Below, one piece after another: positions 24,713-35,133 of a DNA stretch of 64,000 bases. A program made the position numbers and the translations under genes. Position 1 is the stretch's first letter, and each line of letters begins with the position of its first letter. The DNA is taken from positions 68,000-131,999 of the IMG/VR virus record IMGVR_UViG_3300027509_000013; one strand, 5' to 3'. Under the pieces are notes generated by a model that was not told where the DNA came from, ran no database searches, and saw only the letters and a list, made by a program, of their open reading frames with translations. This DNA comes from a virus (Duplodnaviria > Caudoviricetes).

Positions 24713-27250
24713 ATGAGTAAAGATTTTATAGACAGAAAAAAAGCGCAGGAAAAAGATGATGGCATGGAGCCAAATCTATGGAAAGCGGTTTATACAGAGA
24801 ATGAGAAGAAAAGAGGAAACTATGCTATTCCAAGAGCAATAGTAGATATGCTTCGTAATCTTCAAGTTGATAGCCAGACTTACGAGAGAGAAATGGAGAA
24901 CTTGGAGCTGTCTTATGGTCAATGGACCAGATTAAAGAAAGCTCAGACAGGAACAACAATCAAGACTCAAGATAAAGGGAATGTGCAATATGGTACCAAA
25001 AGAGTCAATCATTATGGTGGTATAGAGACAATTGTTAGCGGTAAAGCAAGTGATATTCTAAGTCAAGGGTTGAGATGGGATGTAAGAGATTGGAGTAGAG
25101 ATGCGATCGTATTTCATCAGGAACAGCAAATTGTCAATGTAAAAAGATTCCTAAGTGCTGTTCATGTAAAACCAAAACTTGATAAAGTAAGAGCTCAAGT
25201 AAATTCTGAACTAGGACTAAAGACTGGATTGGATAACGTTGACGAGGAAGTATTCAGAGAAAGAGAAAGAATGGTCAATCAAAGGATTGATGAGTTAATA
25301 GATCCTAGCATCAAAAAGGCATTAAACTCAAATAAGACTCCGACTCAGCGTCTTATGAAGAAGTTACTGGAAATATCATTAGATAGATTTGATTTCGAAT
25401 ATGAACTTCAGAAAAAAGCAATAGCTAGTATTGCAAACTACAAAATGTTCTTTAGAAGAAGATTCCTTCATAATAAAGTAGAATTTGAAGCTTTAGATGA
25501 AATAAATTCAGTCTATAGATTGAGTAATCGGAGCGAATTTATGGAGGACGGTTTGATGTTTAAAAACAGAAGATATCTTAGTCCAATAGAATTGATAGCA
25601 GAAAATGTAGGTTTACTTACAGCAGCGAACATAAAATCATGGGATGAATGTCTGGTCAAGATCCCTGACGGCATTCATCAAACCATGGTAGGAGGAATAG
25701 ATAGTAGTCATTTTGGGAATACTCCAGTAGAAATGATCAATCCGGATGTTACTTTTGATATTCCTAATAAAGAAGTTCAAGTCCATGGAGGTTACAAAAA
25801 TCAAGTAGGTGGAGTAACTTATGTTCCTAATTTAATGGAAAAACTGACAAATGCTTTTTATAATAATAAGAAAGCATATTGTATTGACTATTGTACGTGG
25901 AGATGGAGCACACCGGCATACCTGGTAGGTAGAGAGACTGAGAACGGTGAAATTCAAGAAGTGATACGAGGGGGACATTACAGAAAGAGTCCGGCTAATG
26001 GAGATATTTACACTAAAAAGATAGTATTACCAATGACTTGGGAGTGTGATGCTGATAGTGCAGGTAATTACTTAGGTCTTGGTCCAGTAGAAAATCAGTA
26101 CTTAGACCCATTTGATTATCAAAACCCAGTACTAGGAGTATTCGGAGCCGTTTTTAATTCCGATAATGGTAGAATTAAAAACATCAGTGAAGTAGAATTA
26201 GCCAAGGTCCATCAGCTGAGAAAAAATACAATCACAGAAAAAGTGCATGATAATATCGTAAAAGATAGAGGCCAGGTGTTATTTATTGATGATCGTATTA
26301 TTGAGAGCAAGTACAATGGAGGATTAGAGAATTTCTTGAACATGTTAATGAATCAAGAGATTATATTATACAGTAAAGATGCTACCAATCGTAAAGGATA
26401 TGATTATTCTGACGTAAGAGTTTTAGATCTTAGCAAGAGAGCAGATATCAATAGTGGATTGGCAGCGATCGCATTTTTTGATGATAACATAAGAAGGCAG
26501 CTAAGAACAACTGGTGCTCGAGAAGGTGAATTGAATTCATATACTGGGCAGGCAAGACTTCAAGTTGGCCTCGATAATGTAAATCGACAGAACTACAAAC
26601 TGTTTTGGTTCTGGAATAAAGTGAAAGAAAGAATGCTTAATGCTTTGATGCATGGAGCACTTCATAAATACAATGATCACGATGAAATATTAAAGGCATA
26701 TTTAGATGATGAGTTATATGCTCACATGAAAAACAACATGCCTTCAATTAAAGGAAGTGTTATAAAAGCTAAGATTATTGATACCTTAGCTGAACTGCAA
26801 GATCTCAAAGAACTTAAAAATTATTTAAAGAATTATGCAGCTACCGATGGAGATATTGCGTTCATATCTAAAGCCAATAAAGCTAAAACGACTACAGAGG
26901 TAGTAGAAATGGCTGAAGAACTTACTGAAAGAACAAGAGCAGACAGACAGAAAAATGCTCAAATAGAAGCAGAAGGTCGGAAGGCAGAAGCAGATAGAGT
27001 TGCAGAAGTTCAGAAGCGAGCTCAGGATATGGAGTATGGTTATAGGTATGATCAACTTGAAAATTCTAGGAAGAATACATTGATCAATTCAATGATAATG
27101 GCAAACGCTAGAGATAGTGATAGAGATGGTGTTCCTGATGATATCACTAAGAATAGAGAAACTTGGGCATTTAAAAACAAATTATTAGATAAAGAAATAG
27201 CAGGTAAAAGGCTAATGCAAGCAGAAAAATTAAATCACGACAAAAAATAA
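24713..27250 (+). CDS. portal protein
   Basis: 845 aa directly after TerL, with a C-terminal coiled coil and DRDGVPD; crAss-like synteny. Confidence 0.8.
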   Translation: MSKDFIDRKKAQEKDDGMEPNLWKAVYTENEKKRGNYAIPRAIVDMLRNLQVDSQTYEREMENLELSYGQWTRLKKAQTGTTIKTQDKGNVQYGTKRVNHYGGIETIVSGKASDILSQGLRWDVRDWSRDAIVFHQEQQIVNVKRFLSAVHVKPKLDKVRAQVNSELGLKTGLDNVDEEVFRERERMVNQRIDELIDPSIKKALNSNKTPTQRLMKKLLEISLDRFDFEYELQKKAIASIANYKMFFRRRFLHNKVEFEALDEINSVYRLSNRSEFMEDGLMFKNRRYLSPIELIAENVGLLTAANIKSWDECLVKIPDGIHQTMVGGIDSSHFGNTPVEMINPDVTFDIPNKEVQVHGGYKNQVGGVTYVPNLMEKLTNAFYNNKKAYCIDYCTWRWSTPAYLVGRETENGEIQEVIRGGHYRKSPANGDIYTKKIVLPMTWECDADSAGNYLGLGPVENQYLDPFDYQNPVLGVFGAVFNSDNGRIKNISEVELAKVHQLRKNTITEKVHDNIVKDRGQVLFIDDRIIESKYNGGLENFLNMLMNQEIILYSKDATNRKGYDYSDVRVLDLSKRADINSGLAAIAFFDDNIRRQLRTTGAREGELNSYTGQARLQVGLDNVNRQNYKLFWFWNKVKERMLNALMHGALHKYNDHDEILKAYLDDELYAHMKNNMPSIKGSVIKAKIIDTLAELQDLKELKNYLKNYAATDGDIAFISKANKAKTTTEVVEMAEELTERTRADRQKNAQIEAEGRKAEADRVAEVQKRAQDMEYGYRYDQLENSRKNTLINSMIMANARDSDRDGVPDDITKNRETWAFKNKLLDKEIAGKRLMQAEKLNHDKK

Positions 27251-27256
27251 ATAACG

Positions 27257-28507
27257 ATGTTCGGACAAAATGGAATTAAGCCAGTAGGCGAAATAACTAG
27301 AGTTGAAAATATAGATGAGATAGGCAGAGTACCTATTGTTGATGAATCTAAAGTCGGTCAAGTAGATATCGGCAATCAAGGAAACTTTAAGGTAGAAGAA
27401 ACAGGTAAGCCTGCGGAAGACCCAGATAAACCAGTTGAAAAGTCACAAGAAGAATTAGCTGCCCAAGCAGCTGAATCGTCAGCAGATAAAGCAAAAGAGA
27501 CTAAAGCAGAAGATGATCCGGATAAATTTGAAGTAGAAACCGATCAAAATACTAAGAATGTAGAATTAGAAGAAGCTTTTACTATAAGTCAATCTAGCTA
27601 CATCAATGAAGAAATGGGATATGAGATTGGTACCGAGTTCGAGAGTACGGAAGATATGCTTCGTAGTTTTGAGCAAGAAGTAATAGCTAAAAACTCAAAG
27701 GAAGGTGGGCCTCTCTATGATGTGATGTATAATAGAGTCAAAGAAGATTTGGGGGTTACAGATAGATTTGTGGAAGAAAGGCGACAATCTTTTATGGGAG
27801 TTGACCCACGAGAAATAGATAGTATAAGGCAGATTAAAAGATTAGTCAAAAATGCAGATATTAGCGATGAAGCTAATAGAAAGGAGATATTTAGAATTGG
27901 ACATGAGATAGCAGGATTAAGTCCAGAGAAAGCTGAATCTTATGCATCTAGAGATCTTGTTTCAGCTGACGCTGATAAATTACTAGAAACATCAATAGAT
28001 GTAATCAATGGTTATGTTGACACTGAAGAGAAAAACTTCATGAATACATATAATGCATCTAAGGAAAAGTATGAAACACACCAAGCATCTGAAAGGCAAA
28101 AGACAGATAAATTGCTTAGAAGTGGAAATATTGGTGATAAAAAATATACAAGAGAGGATATTCAGAGTTATATAGATGCGAAGATGAAAAAGACAGAAGA
28201 ATATGATGATCCTGTCTTTGGAACAAGAAAAGTTAGTCTATTAGATAAACTTTCTCTTGAAACTTCGTTAGAGAAGAGACTGGCTCAAGAAATAGATATG
28301 GTTCTTGCAGTCAAAAACCCTAAAAAGGGAGAAAAAAAGAAAGAGAAAGCCAAACGAGGCTCAATCATAGAAGGAGTGAGTAAACTTACTGGAACTAAAG
28401 TAAACCTTAAAAACATGGGTGGACCTCCTCAATCTACAAGTACATCAGCAGAAGCTAATCCGAGTGGAGCTGATTTTATAAGTACACCGAAAACAATAAA
28501 AGCATAG
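27257..28507 (+). CDS. acidic scaffold-like protein
   Basis: Acidic and helical; sits between portal and capsid. Confidence 0.6.
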   Translation: MFGQNGIKPVGEITRVENIDEIGRVPIVDESKVGQVDIGNQGNFKVEETGKPAEDPDKPVEKSQEELAAQAAESSADKAKETKAEDDPDKFEVETDQNTKNVELEEAFTISQSSYINEEMGYEIGTEFESTEDMLRSFEQEVIAKNSKEGGPLYDVMYNRVKEDLGVTDRFVEERRQSFMGVDPREIDSIRQIKRLVKNADISDEANRKEIFRIGHEIAGLSPEKAESYASRDLVSADADKLLETSIDVINGYVDTEEKNFMNTYNASKEKYETHQASERQKTDKLLRSGNIGDKKYTREDIQSYIDAKMKKTEEYDDPVFGTRKVSLLDKLSLETSLEKRLAQEIDMVLAVKNPKKGEKKKEKAKRGSIIEGVSKLTGTKVNLKNMGGPPQSTSTSAEANPSGADFISTPKTIKA

Positions 28508-28519
28508 ATATCTTTAGAT

Positions 28520-30145
28520 ATGAATTTGAATCCAAGTATTGCCCAGAAGGGACTAGCAAATTATTATTTAGGAAAGGTTAAGAATCCATCAGCATCAAAC
28601 TTGTCGTATGGAGCCTACCTAGATTCTCAGGCCTTTTACGAGATTTACCCAAATGCAATGAACTACGAGAAGTTGCAAGAGGTAAGTAACGAAATTGACG
28701 CTGATGACCGAATGTTTATTGGAGAAGATCGAGCTTCTATGCTTGAAATTTGGAACACAAGGTTTAGAAGAGAGACAACGACTAAGCAGTCAATTAAAGT
28801 TTATCAGCCTCTTAAAAGTACTGAGACTAACTTTAGAATCGTCAAGGTTCATTGTAAAAAAGATGTTAAAAAAGTTGGTTTGGGTCAATCAAAGTGGGAG
28901 ATGACCATTAACACAAGAGCTGCAAACCATAAAAACTGGTTCACTCTTAAAGATCATCCACACATCCGATTTGCTCCGACCCTTCAGCAGGGAACTCCAG
29001 ATGGAGCAGGAAACATGAGATTTGAATTCATGATTCCACAAGGACAACTCAAAGATTTCATTTATATTGAAAAACTTCAAGATGCTGAATTTGAATACAG
29101 TATTGCTCCTTTAGAGGAAGCTGCAGTTCAAAGAGGTCTCTTAATGCCAAATAATCCGTATGCGAAAGCTTCGGTAATGTACCAATACCCAGGTACTAGG
29201 GCAGGTTGGGAGCACCAAATAACAGATATCTTCTGGCTTAATGCTGAGTACTACCAGATGGTAGAAAGTGATTGTGATGAAGGAGAAACACCTAATAGGG
29301 TTACTCTTTCTCAAATTGAAATGGAATTCCATAATAAGTGTGAGAATGTGATGGACCGATACCTTACGGTAGGTGCAGGTTATTCTCCATTGAATGGATT
29401 GCCAGTAGATCCTTATAACAGAAGAAACTATCAGATTGGACCATCATGGTTTGACTTCATGTTAGCGATGGGTGCTAAAACTTATTCATTCGATAACTTC
29501 AATATTCTCGGAGAGATTGATAGATTTAAGAGAAACATCGGGAAAAACAAGAATGCATCAGCAAGAGATATGGTTTACCATATTATCACTGGTACAGTCG
29601 GTTACAATCATGTAGTTAAGCCTGAGCTTCAGAGACTTGATGTCTTTAATAACCAAGATCCTAAGTATGCATACAAAGACGTAGCAAGTATGTCTGGAAA
29701 GCAGCAAGGGGTTATGTTGGCTCCAAAACAAATCATGGGTGGATATATCGATCCATATGGTTGTTATGAAGTTCATATCGCAGACATCTTAGATAAAGGT
29801 GTTCTTTGTGGAAGACACAAGTTCAAAGGTTATCCTCAGAGTTCTGCTTGGATTATCATCATGGCAGCGAAAAGAGATGCAGATGACAGAGATAAGATGA
29901 GTAACTTTATCTTATATGAGCTTTCTGCAGCAGAAAGAAAAGATTACGTATGTGGTCAATTGACACCAATTGGATTTACTGATAAGATCTCGAACAAAGG
30001 AAGGTTCACTCAGGATGGAACATTAGGAGATAGCTATAAAGTAATTAGTGATTTCTGGAAGTTCATGTACGTATCGAATATGAAAGAAAACTGTGTTTAC
30101 TTCCCAGATGTTAAGATGGAGAAGAAGCGTAGGTTTGCCGCATAA
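28520..30145 (+). CDS. major capsid protein
   Basis: 541 aa; size and position match the crAss-like capsid module. Confidence 0.75.
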   Translation: MNLNPSIAQKGLANYYLGKVKNPSASNLSYGAYLDSQAFYEIYPNAMNYEKLQEVSNEIDADDRMFIGEDRASMLEIWNTRFRRETTTKQSIKVYQPLKSTETNFRIVKVHCKKDVKKVGLGQSKWEMTINTRAANHKNWFTLKDHPHIRFAPTLQQGTPDGAGNMRFEFMIPQGQLKDFIYIEKLQDAEFEYSIAPLEEAAVQRGLLMPNNPYAKASVMYQYPGTRAGWEHQITDIFWLNAEYYQMVESDCDEGETPNRVTLSQIEMEFHNKCENVMDRYLTVGAGYSPLNGLPVDPYNRRNYQIGPSWFDFMLAMGAKTYSFDNFNILGEIDRFKRNIGKNKNASARDMVYHIITGTVGYNHVVKPELQRLDVFNNQDPKYAYKDVASMSGKQQGVMLAPKQIMGGYIDPYGCYEVHIADILDKGVLCGRHKFKGYPQSSAWIIIMAAKRDADDRDKMSNFILYELSAAERKDYVCGQLTPIGFTDKISNKGRFTQDGTLGDSYKVISDFWKFMYVSNMKENCVYFPDVKMEKKRRFAA

Positions 30146-30162
30146 ACTTAAAAACGACGACA

Positions 30163-31083
30163 ATGCAAAGAAGTGGAAAAGTTAGAGCAGTTTATTTGCC
30201 GACTAACGAAATGTTTGAAAATGCCAAAGTAGTTACCCCTAACGAGGAAGGTGCGCTAGAGCCAGTTGAGGATTTTCAGGGGAGTTACGTTCCTGAAGGT
30301 TTTGAATTAATTAGACCCGAAAAGTATAAGGGTAAGATTGATATCGATATTAAACAAGAAGATCTCGATGAGTTTGTGCAGTCGATAGCACTGCAATCAA
30401 AGGACGGGCTTGTTTTTACTAAGATTACTAAGAATGTTGATAATGAAACTAAAGATTTTTGGTCACATGAAGAACTTTCGATAGAAGTCCCAACTAAAGG
30501 CAAAGTGTTTGATCTTTCAGACCCAATAGATTATTTCTGGTATGAAGTGATGAGTTCATATAATGCCTGTTGGGATCAAACTGCTCATGAAAGACCGGAA
30601 AACTTAGTTGGTATCAGATGGACTATAGTGAAGGAAGGTGATAGATCTCAAGATAAAGAAGTGAAAACAGAAATTTCATTCTTGAGGTTAATTGACAGAA
30701 GTACGGCACCTAGGATTAAATTAATTATGGACCAAATGTCTATAGGATTTGATCCAGGTACTAAGAAAGATGATCTTGTAGTAGCTCTTTTAGACGATTA
30801 CGCTATTGATAACACTAGAAGATCTTCACTGGGAGATTCATATAGAGACTGTATTATTAGGATAACTGAGGGTAATGATATGCAAGTTGAGATTAGCGGA
30901 TTAGTTGAAGAGAGTAAGCATATTGGAATCTTGAAAAAGCAGAATAAACAAATACTCTTTAAAGGAAGATTCTTAGGAGATACCTTTATGGATGTAGTAG
31001 CATACTTGAACACAGAAGAAGGAGAAGAAGATTTAGAGAAGATTAAAGAAGCTGTAGCAGAGTATAAGAATAAGGAAGATTAA
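30163..31083 (+). CDS. conserved capsid-module protein
   Basis: FDLSDPID motif; follows the major capsid gene as in crAss-like phages. Confidence 0.65.
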   Translation: MQRSGKVRAVYLPTNEMFENAKVVTPNEEGALEPVEDFQGSYVPEGFELIRPEKYKGKIDIDIKQEDLDEFVQSIALQSKDGLVFTKITKNVDNETKDFWSHEELSIEVPTKGKVFDLSDPIDYFWYEVMSSYNACWDQTAHERPENLVGIRWTIVKEGDRSQDKEVKTEISFLRLIDRSTAPRIKLIMDQMSIGFDPGTKKDDLVVALLDDYAIDNTRRSSLGDSYRDCIIRITEGNDMQVEISGLVEESKHIGILKKQNKQILFKGRFLGDTFMDVVAYLNTEEGEEDLEKIKEAVAEYKNKED

Positions 31084-31805
31084 TGAAAGCACAAGAGGTT
31101 TATTATCATGTAAACAATGGATTAAAACATCTTAGTGAAGAAGACGCAGGGAAAATAACGTTTGTAGCAAAAGTAGCCGCAATCAACCGTGCAAAAAATA
31201 AATTTGAAGACTGGATATCTACAAAGACTAACCGAAATTCAACCGTAGATGGTTGGTTGAGGCCTTTAAAAAGGACACCTGAAAGCAAGGAGTCTGATAT
31301 CTGGAAACTACTAGATAATCACTCAGATTATAATCTGTACCATTGCGATGACTGTGTTAAAAAGATAGAGTCAGTAATGGCGATTGCACAGAAAGGTAAA
31401 TGTGAGAATCGATTACACGTTGAGGTAGGTCATACTAGAAGTATCCCTTCTGGATTGATTACAAAGTTTAATAAGCCTGATTTTCAGTTGAATTGGACTT
31501 ACCGAGATGTAGTTGCTGAAGGGCTTAGAGTTTTTCATGGAGGTGACTTCGGTATAAAAGAAATCGAAGTTCACTGGATAGAAAAACATCCAGACCTTCA
31601 CTTTGCAAGTGAGGCTAGTGGTAACAACAATAATTACGAGTATTTCGGTGAGATAATTGGACATAACCAGGATTGGTTGTATGAAGACGGATCAGCGAAT
31701 GTACTTATAGATATGGCGTTAACATGCTTGCTGTCATCGACAGAAGATATGAACGTTGTTTTAAATAGAGCATTAGCAAAAGAAAAAATAGTGAATAATG
31801 GCTAA
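31083..31805 (+). CDS. putative tail ring/adaptor protein
   Basis: 240 aa; assigned by synteny. Confidence 0.55.
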   Translation: MKAQEVYYHVNNGLKHLSEEDAGKITFVAKVAAINRAKNKFEDWISTKTNRNSTVDGWLRPLKRTPESKESDIWKLLDNHSDYNLYHCDDCVKKIESVMAIAQKGKCENRLHVEVGHTRSIPSGLITKFNKPDFQLNWTYRDVVAEGLRVFHGGDFGIKEIEVHWIEKHPDLHFASEASGNNNNYEYFGEIIGHNQDWLYEDGSANVLIDMALTCLLSSTEDMNVVLNRALAKEKIVNNG

Positions 31806-33495
31806 AGATGTATTTTCAAGATTAAATGTGATTGCCCTTTGTGGTGACCAGAAAATAGTACCTAGAAATCAGGTTGCTTACGATGATGTTACAGATAGAC
31901 TCAACGTAAAAGGTGGTCAAATCATGTTTTATGATAAGTCGACAAACTTGACTATTGATAAAACTGATGTTGCTACAGCAACTGAGATAACAGCAATAGT
32001 AGGTATCGGAAAAACTGGATCTACGCCTCACTGTTGGTTCGAGCTTACAGCTGGCGACATTGATTTGTGTCGTGATCAATTTGATATCAAATTCCAAGGT
32101 CCAAACTGCTCAACTGATAGTGAATTAGCTATTGAAGTAGGTTGTATTCAATGTGATAGCAGTTATCCTCTCGAGATTACTGTTTCAGATCCTAGAAGTA
32201 GAGAATTCTACGGTCATGAATTCAACACATTCTATCTAAGAGGAACAACTAGGTGTAAGCCTGGATGTGATCCAACGTGTAGTTGTTCTAAGAAATTTAC
32301 TTGCTATGACTTAGCTTGTAAATACTATGAGGACGTTAAGAGTTGGTCAACTAATATTACAGTATGTAATGTTGAGTTCGATAACCAAAATCTAAGACAC
32401 GTACCATTCGTATTAATTCCTCTTCAAGCAGGAGACTTAATATATAGAGCATGTCTTCCACAGTTAGATGACGAATGTTGTGCTAAGTGTGCAGGAATCG
32501 CTCCACTTGGAGAATTGACAATTACTCCTAAAGGAGAAGGTCAAGATCCGTTGGTAATCAACTTCGATGGATTTGGTGATGGAAAAATCATCATGAAAGA
32601 TGAATTAGATGCTCTTCAGGAGTATTTAGATAAGAAATTAGAGTGCATTAAAGGTGGAGCAGTAATCACTGGTGGACATGGATGTTGTCCAGTAGAGATT
32701 AAGTTCGCAGGATGTATTGATTCAGTTGAATGGGCGGGAATTGAGCTTTGCGAAGAAGATCCGTTCAGACCACAAGCTGTTGAAGCTGTATGTGGATTGT
32801 GTGGACCAAAAGAAGATGAAACTCATGTACCAGGATGTTTAATCCTAGTATGGATGAAGGGAGACAGAGGATTCTGTGCATGTAACTTCCCTGCAGATGT
32901 AAATCTAGATGAAAACAGAAGATCTTATATCCATGATGTAAACTTCATTGGTGAAGATTGGACTTATGGTTACCAAGCTTGGTACCATACAAGAAAGTAC
33001 GATACTCAGCAAGGTACTGGATATGATTGGATCATGGCAGCAATGCAAGGATATAGTCACTCTGGAGGAAGAGGTAATTTCAAGAGATATGGAGGTCACC
33101 TGATTGGTAAGTTCAAGAACAGAACATTAGAAGGTCAGGAGCTTTACAAAGCATTGACAAACCTTAAATGTGATGTTGATTACTGCGAGACGTCAATCGT
33201 TATGCAGAGAGCTGAGTTAAATCATAGAGCTGCAAATGGAGTGACTACGAACAATAAGATAGCAATCCAGTTATTGAATCCAATCGGAGACAAAGACACT
33301 GCTATTGAAGTTCAAGAAATGTGGGAAGAAATCCACAAGAGAAACAGTGCTTGTAGATGCTTTGGGAAAGGATGTTATGAAGATTGCGATGGTGAAGAGA
33401 TTGACTATACAGCAGTACCTACATGCGATGATAAGTTAGCGGCAGGTGAATTAGAGCCTGAAGCTGATCCAAAAGCAAAGAAGAAGAAGAAGTAA
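31798..33495 (+). CDS. Cys-rich putative auxiliary capsid protein
   Basis: 565 aa, many Cys; assigned by synteny. Confidence 0.6.
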   Translation: MAKDVFSRLNVIALCGDQKIVPRNQVAYDDVTDRLNVKGGQIMFYDKSTNLTIDKTDVATATEITAIVGIGKTGSTPHCWFELTAGDIDLCRDQFDIKFQGPNCSTDSELAIEVGCIQCDSSYPLEITVSDPRSREFYGHEFNTFYLRGTTRCKPGCDPTCSCSKKFTCYDLACKYYEDVKSWSTNITVCNVEFDNQNLRHVPFVLIPLQAGDLIYRACLPQLDDECCAKCAGIAPLGELTITPKGEGQDPLVINFDGFGDGKIIMKDELDALQEYLDKKLECIKGGAVITGGHGCCPVEIKFAGCIDSVEWAGIELCEEDPFRPQAVEAVCGLCGPKEDETHVPGCLILVWMKGDRGFCACNFPADVNLDENRRSYIHDVNFIGEDWTYGYQAWYHTRKYDTQQGTGYDWIMAAMQGYSHSGGRGNFKRYGGHLIGKFKNRTLEGQELYKALTNLKCDVDYCETSIVMQRAELNHRAANGVTTNNKIAIQLLNPIGDKDTAIEVQEMWEEIHKRNSACRCFGKGCYEDCDGEEIDYTAVPTCDDKLAAGELEPEADPKAKKKKK

Positions 33496-33505
33496 AAGTG
33501 AAAAG

Positions 33506-33530
33506 CGACCTAGTTTGATTACTAGGTCGC
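33506..33530 (+). terminator. hairpin after the capsid module
   Basis: GCGACCTAGT...ACTAGGTCGC. Confidence 0.55.
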
Positions 33531-33558
33531 AATTCAAAAATTCAAATAAGAGATAAGA

Positions 33559-33894
33559 ATGAACAAATTAGATCCAAGAAATATGAAGGCAGGAGGTATT
33601 TATATCTCTGGTAACCTAATGAGTAAGTTTGGAGCACTTAAAGCAAACGATCTTATTGGAGCCATGGAAGAGATGGAGCATGCGCCTCATTGTGCTTGTA
33701 TTGGTTTGTCTTGTTGTCCAATTCCTCATATTTATATGAGGAATAAAGATTGCACTGTAAAACTCAATGCTTGGGTTAATGCAGCAGGAGATGGTTTTGA
33801 ATTTGGAGATGATGAAGCGATGCAGGATTTTTGCGATACTCAACTAGCAGGAGGTAAAGAGAAAAAAGCTGAGGAAGTTACTGAAAAGAAATAA
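33559..33894 (+). CDS. Cys-rich small protein
   Basis: 111-aa ORF. Confidence 0.7.
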   Translation: MNKLDPRNMKAGGIYISGNLMSKFGALKANDLIGAMEEMEHAPHCACIGLSCCPIPHIYMRNKDCTVKLNAWVNAAGDGFEFGDDEAMQDFCDTQLAGGKEKKAEEVTEKK

Positions 33895-34427
33895 TGAAAG
33901 ATACATCTATACAGTTAGCTGATTCAAATGAGCTTTTGTGTGGATTATGCATAAAAAAGTTTAAGCTTGAATTTTGTTATGTAAGTAAAGACTACATACA
34001 AATATTTGATAAGTCGATATTTTATGGAGAGCCAGGTACTCCGGTTACTGGACAGTATGAAATTTTTGTAGGTTACGAGACTACGAACCCAACAAAATCT
34101 ATTTTTATAAATGCAGGAGGCTGTACAATGATCGATCTCAGATCAGTTGATTTTAATTGCCTTCGAGATGGAGCTTATTGTGTTCGGACCATATCATGCG
34201 GAAGACCAATTAGTATCGAGGTTCCATATTTCCCGACGTTAGAATGCACTGTTGATAATTTACTATTGAAAGATCCTGAAAATGATGATTTTCAATCAAT
34301 GGCAGATGATATCGATATGGCTAAAAAAGCTGTAAAATATCAGATGTTTGATCAAGCAATAATACTTTATCAAAGTATTGAAAAAAGAGTTAAAAAATGT
34401 AATGGCAAAATGTGTCAAATGTATTGA
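33894..34427 (+). CDS. putative tail hub/structural protein
   Basis: 177 aa; beta-rich N-terminus and helical C-terminus. Confidence 0.6.
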   Translation: MKDTSIQLADSNELLCGLCIKKFKLEFCYVSKDYIQIFDKSIFYGEPGTPVTGQYEIFVGYETTNPTKSIFINAGGCTMIDLRSVDFNCLRDGAYCVRTISCGRPISIEVPYFPTLECTVDNLLLKDPENDDFQSMADDIDMAKKAVKYQMFDQAIILYQSIEKRVKKCNGKMCQMY

Positions 34428-35133
34428 TCAGAAAAAGTTAACTCTTGATGATTTATGTAATCTTCAAGAGTCTCTTTGTCAATACATCATTTGCCAAGCA
34501 GACCTAAGAGCTCGCTATATCAAAGGATATACCGACAATAAAGTTGACATACCTGAATTGAAATTGGCCAAAAGATATTTGACTCTCATCGAGAAGATGA
34601 TAAAGCAAGTGTCTTTAACTGGTGAGTTGGATCAATGTTATTGCAATATTGATTATTCGAAGTTACAATCTTCGGTAATTGAATTAACATTGAACTCAGA
34701 TACCGGATTAGAGTCTCAGGAAGTAGATACATCTGCAATACAGCAATGGATCTATGATAACCCGAGATGTTTACCAATTGATAAGTGGGAGCAGTATTGC
34801 TATGAAATACCGTTAGTCCTTGATTTGAAAATCGAAGAACTTACATCAGAAGAAATTAAATTCTTGTATCATGTTAAAAGCATGAAATTAGAAGAAGATG
34901 AATTCTTGTTTGATGTTAAATCAGAAGTTTCTAAGGAAGAAAAGTTAACTTTTCGTGTAAATGAACAGACAAAAGTAAAAAGTTCCGTTTCATATAAAGT
35001 GAAGAGTGATGGAACACATCGAGATTATAGTTTTAAAGTGAAAGACGAAACATTGAATTCGTTGAGTTTTAAAGCCAAAGTGAGAGAAGAGAAGATCGGA
35101 CTATTAAAAAAAATGACAAGAACAAATGGATAA
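34402..35133 (+). CDS. putative structural protein (start MAKCVKC)
   Basis: Packed ORF with C-terminal FxVK repeats. Confidence 0.6.
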   Translation: MAKCVKCIDQKKLTLDDLCNLQESLCQYIICQADLRARYIKGYTDNKVDIPELKLAKRYLTLIEKMIKQVSLTGELDQCYCNIDYSKLQSSVIELTLNSDTGLESQEVDTSAIQQWIYDNPRCLPIDKWEQYCYEIPLVLDLKIEELTSEEIKFLYHVKSMKLEEDEFLFDVKSEVSKEEKLTFRVNEQTKVKSSVSYKVKSDGTHRDYSFKVKDETLNSLSFKAKVREEKIGLLKKMTRTNG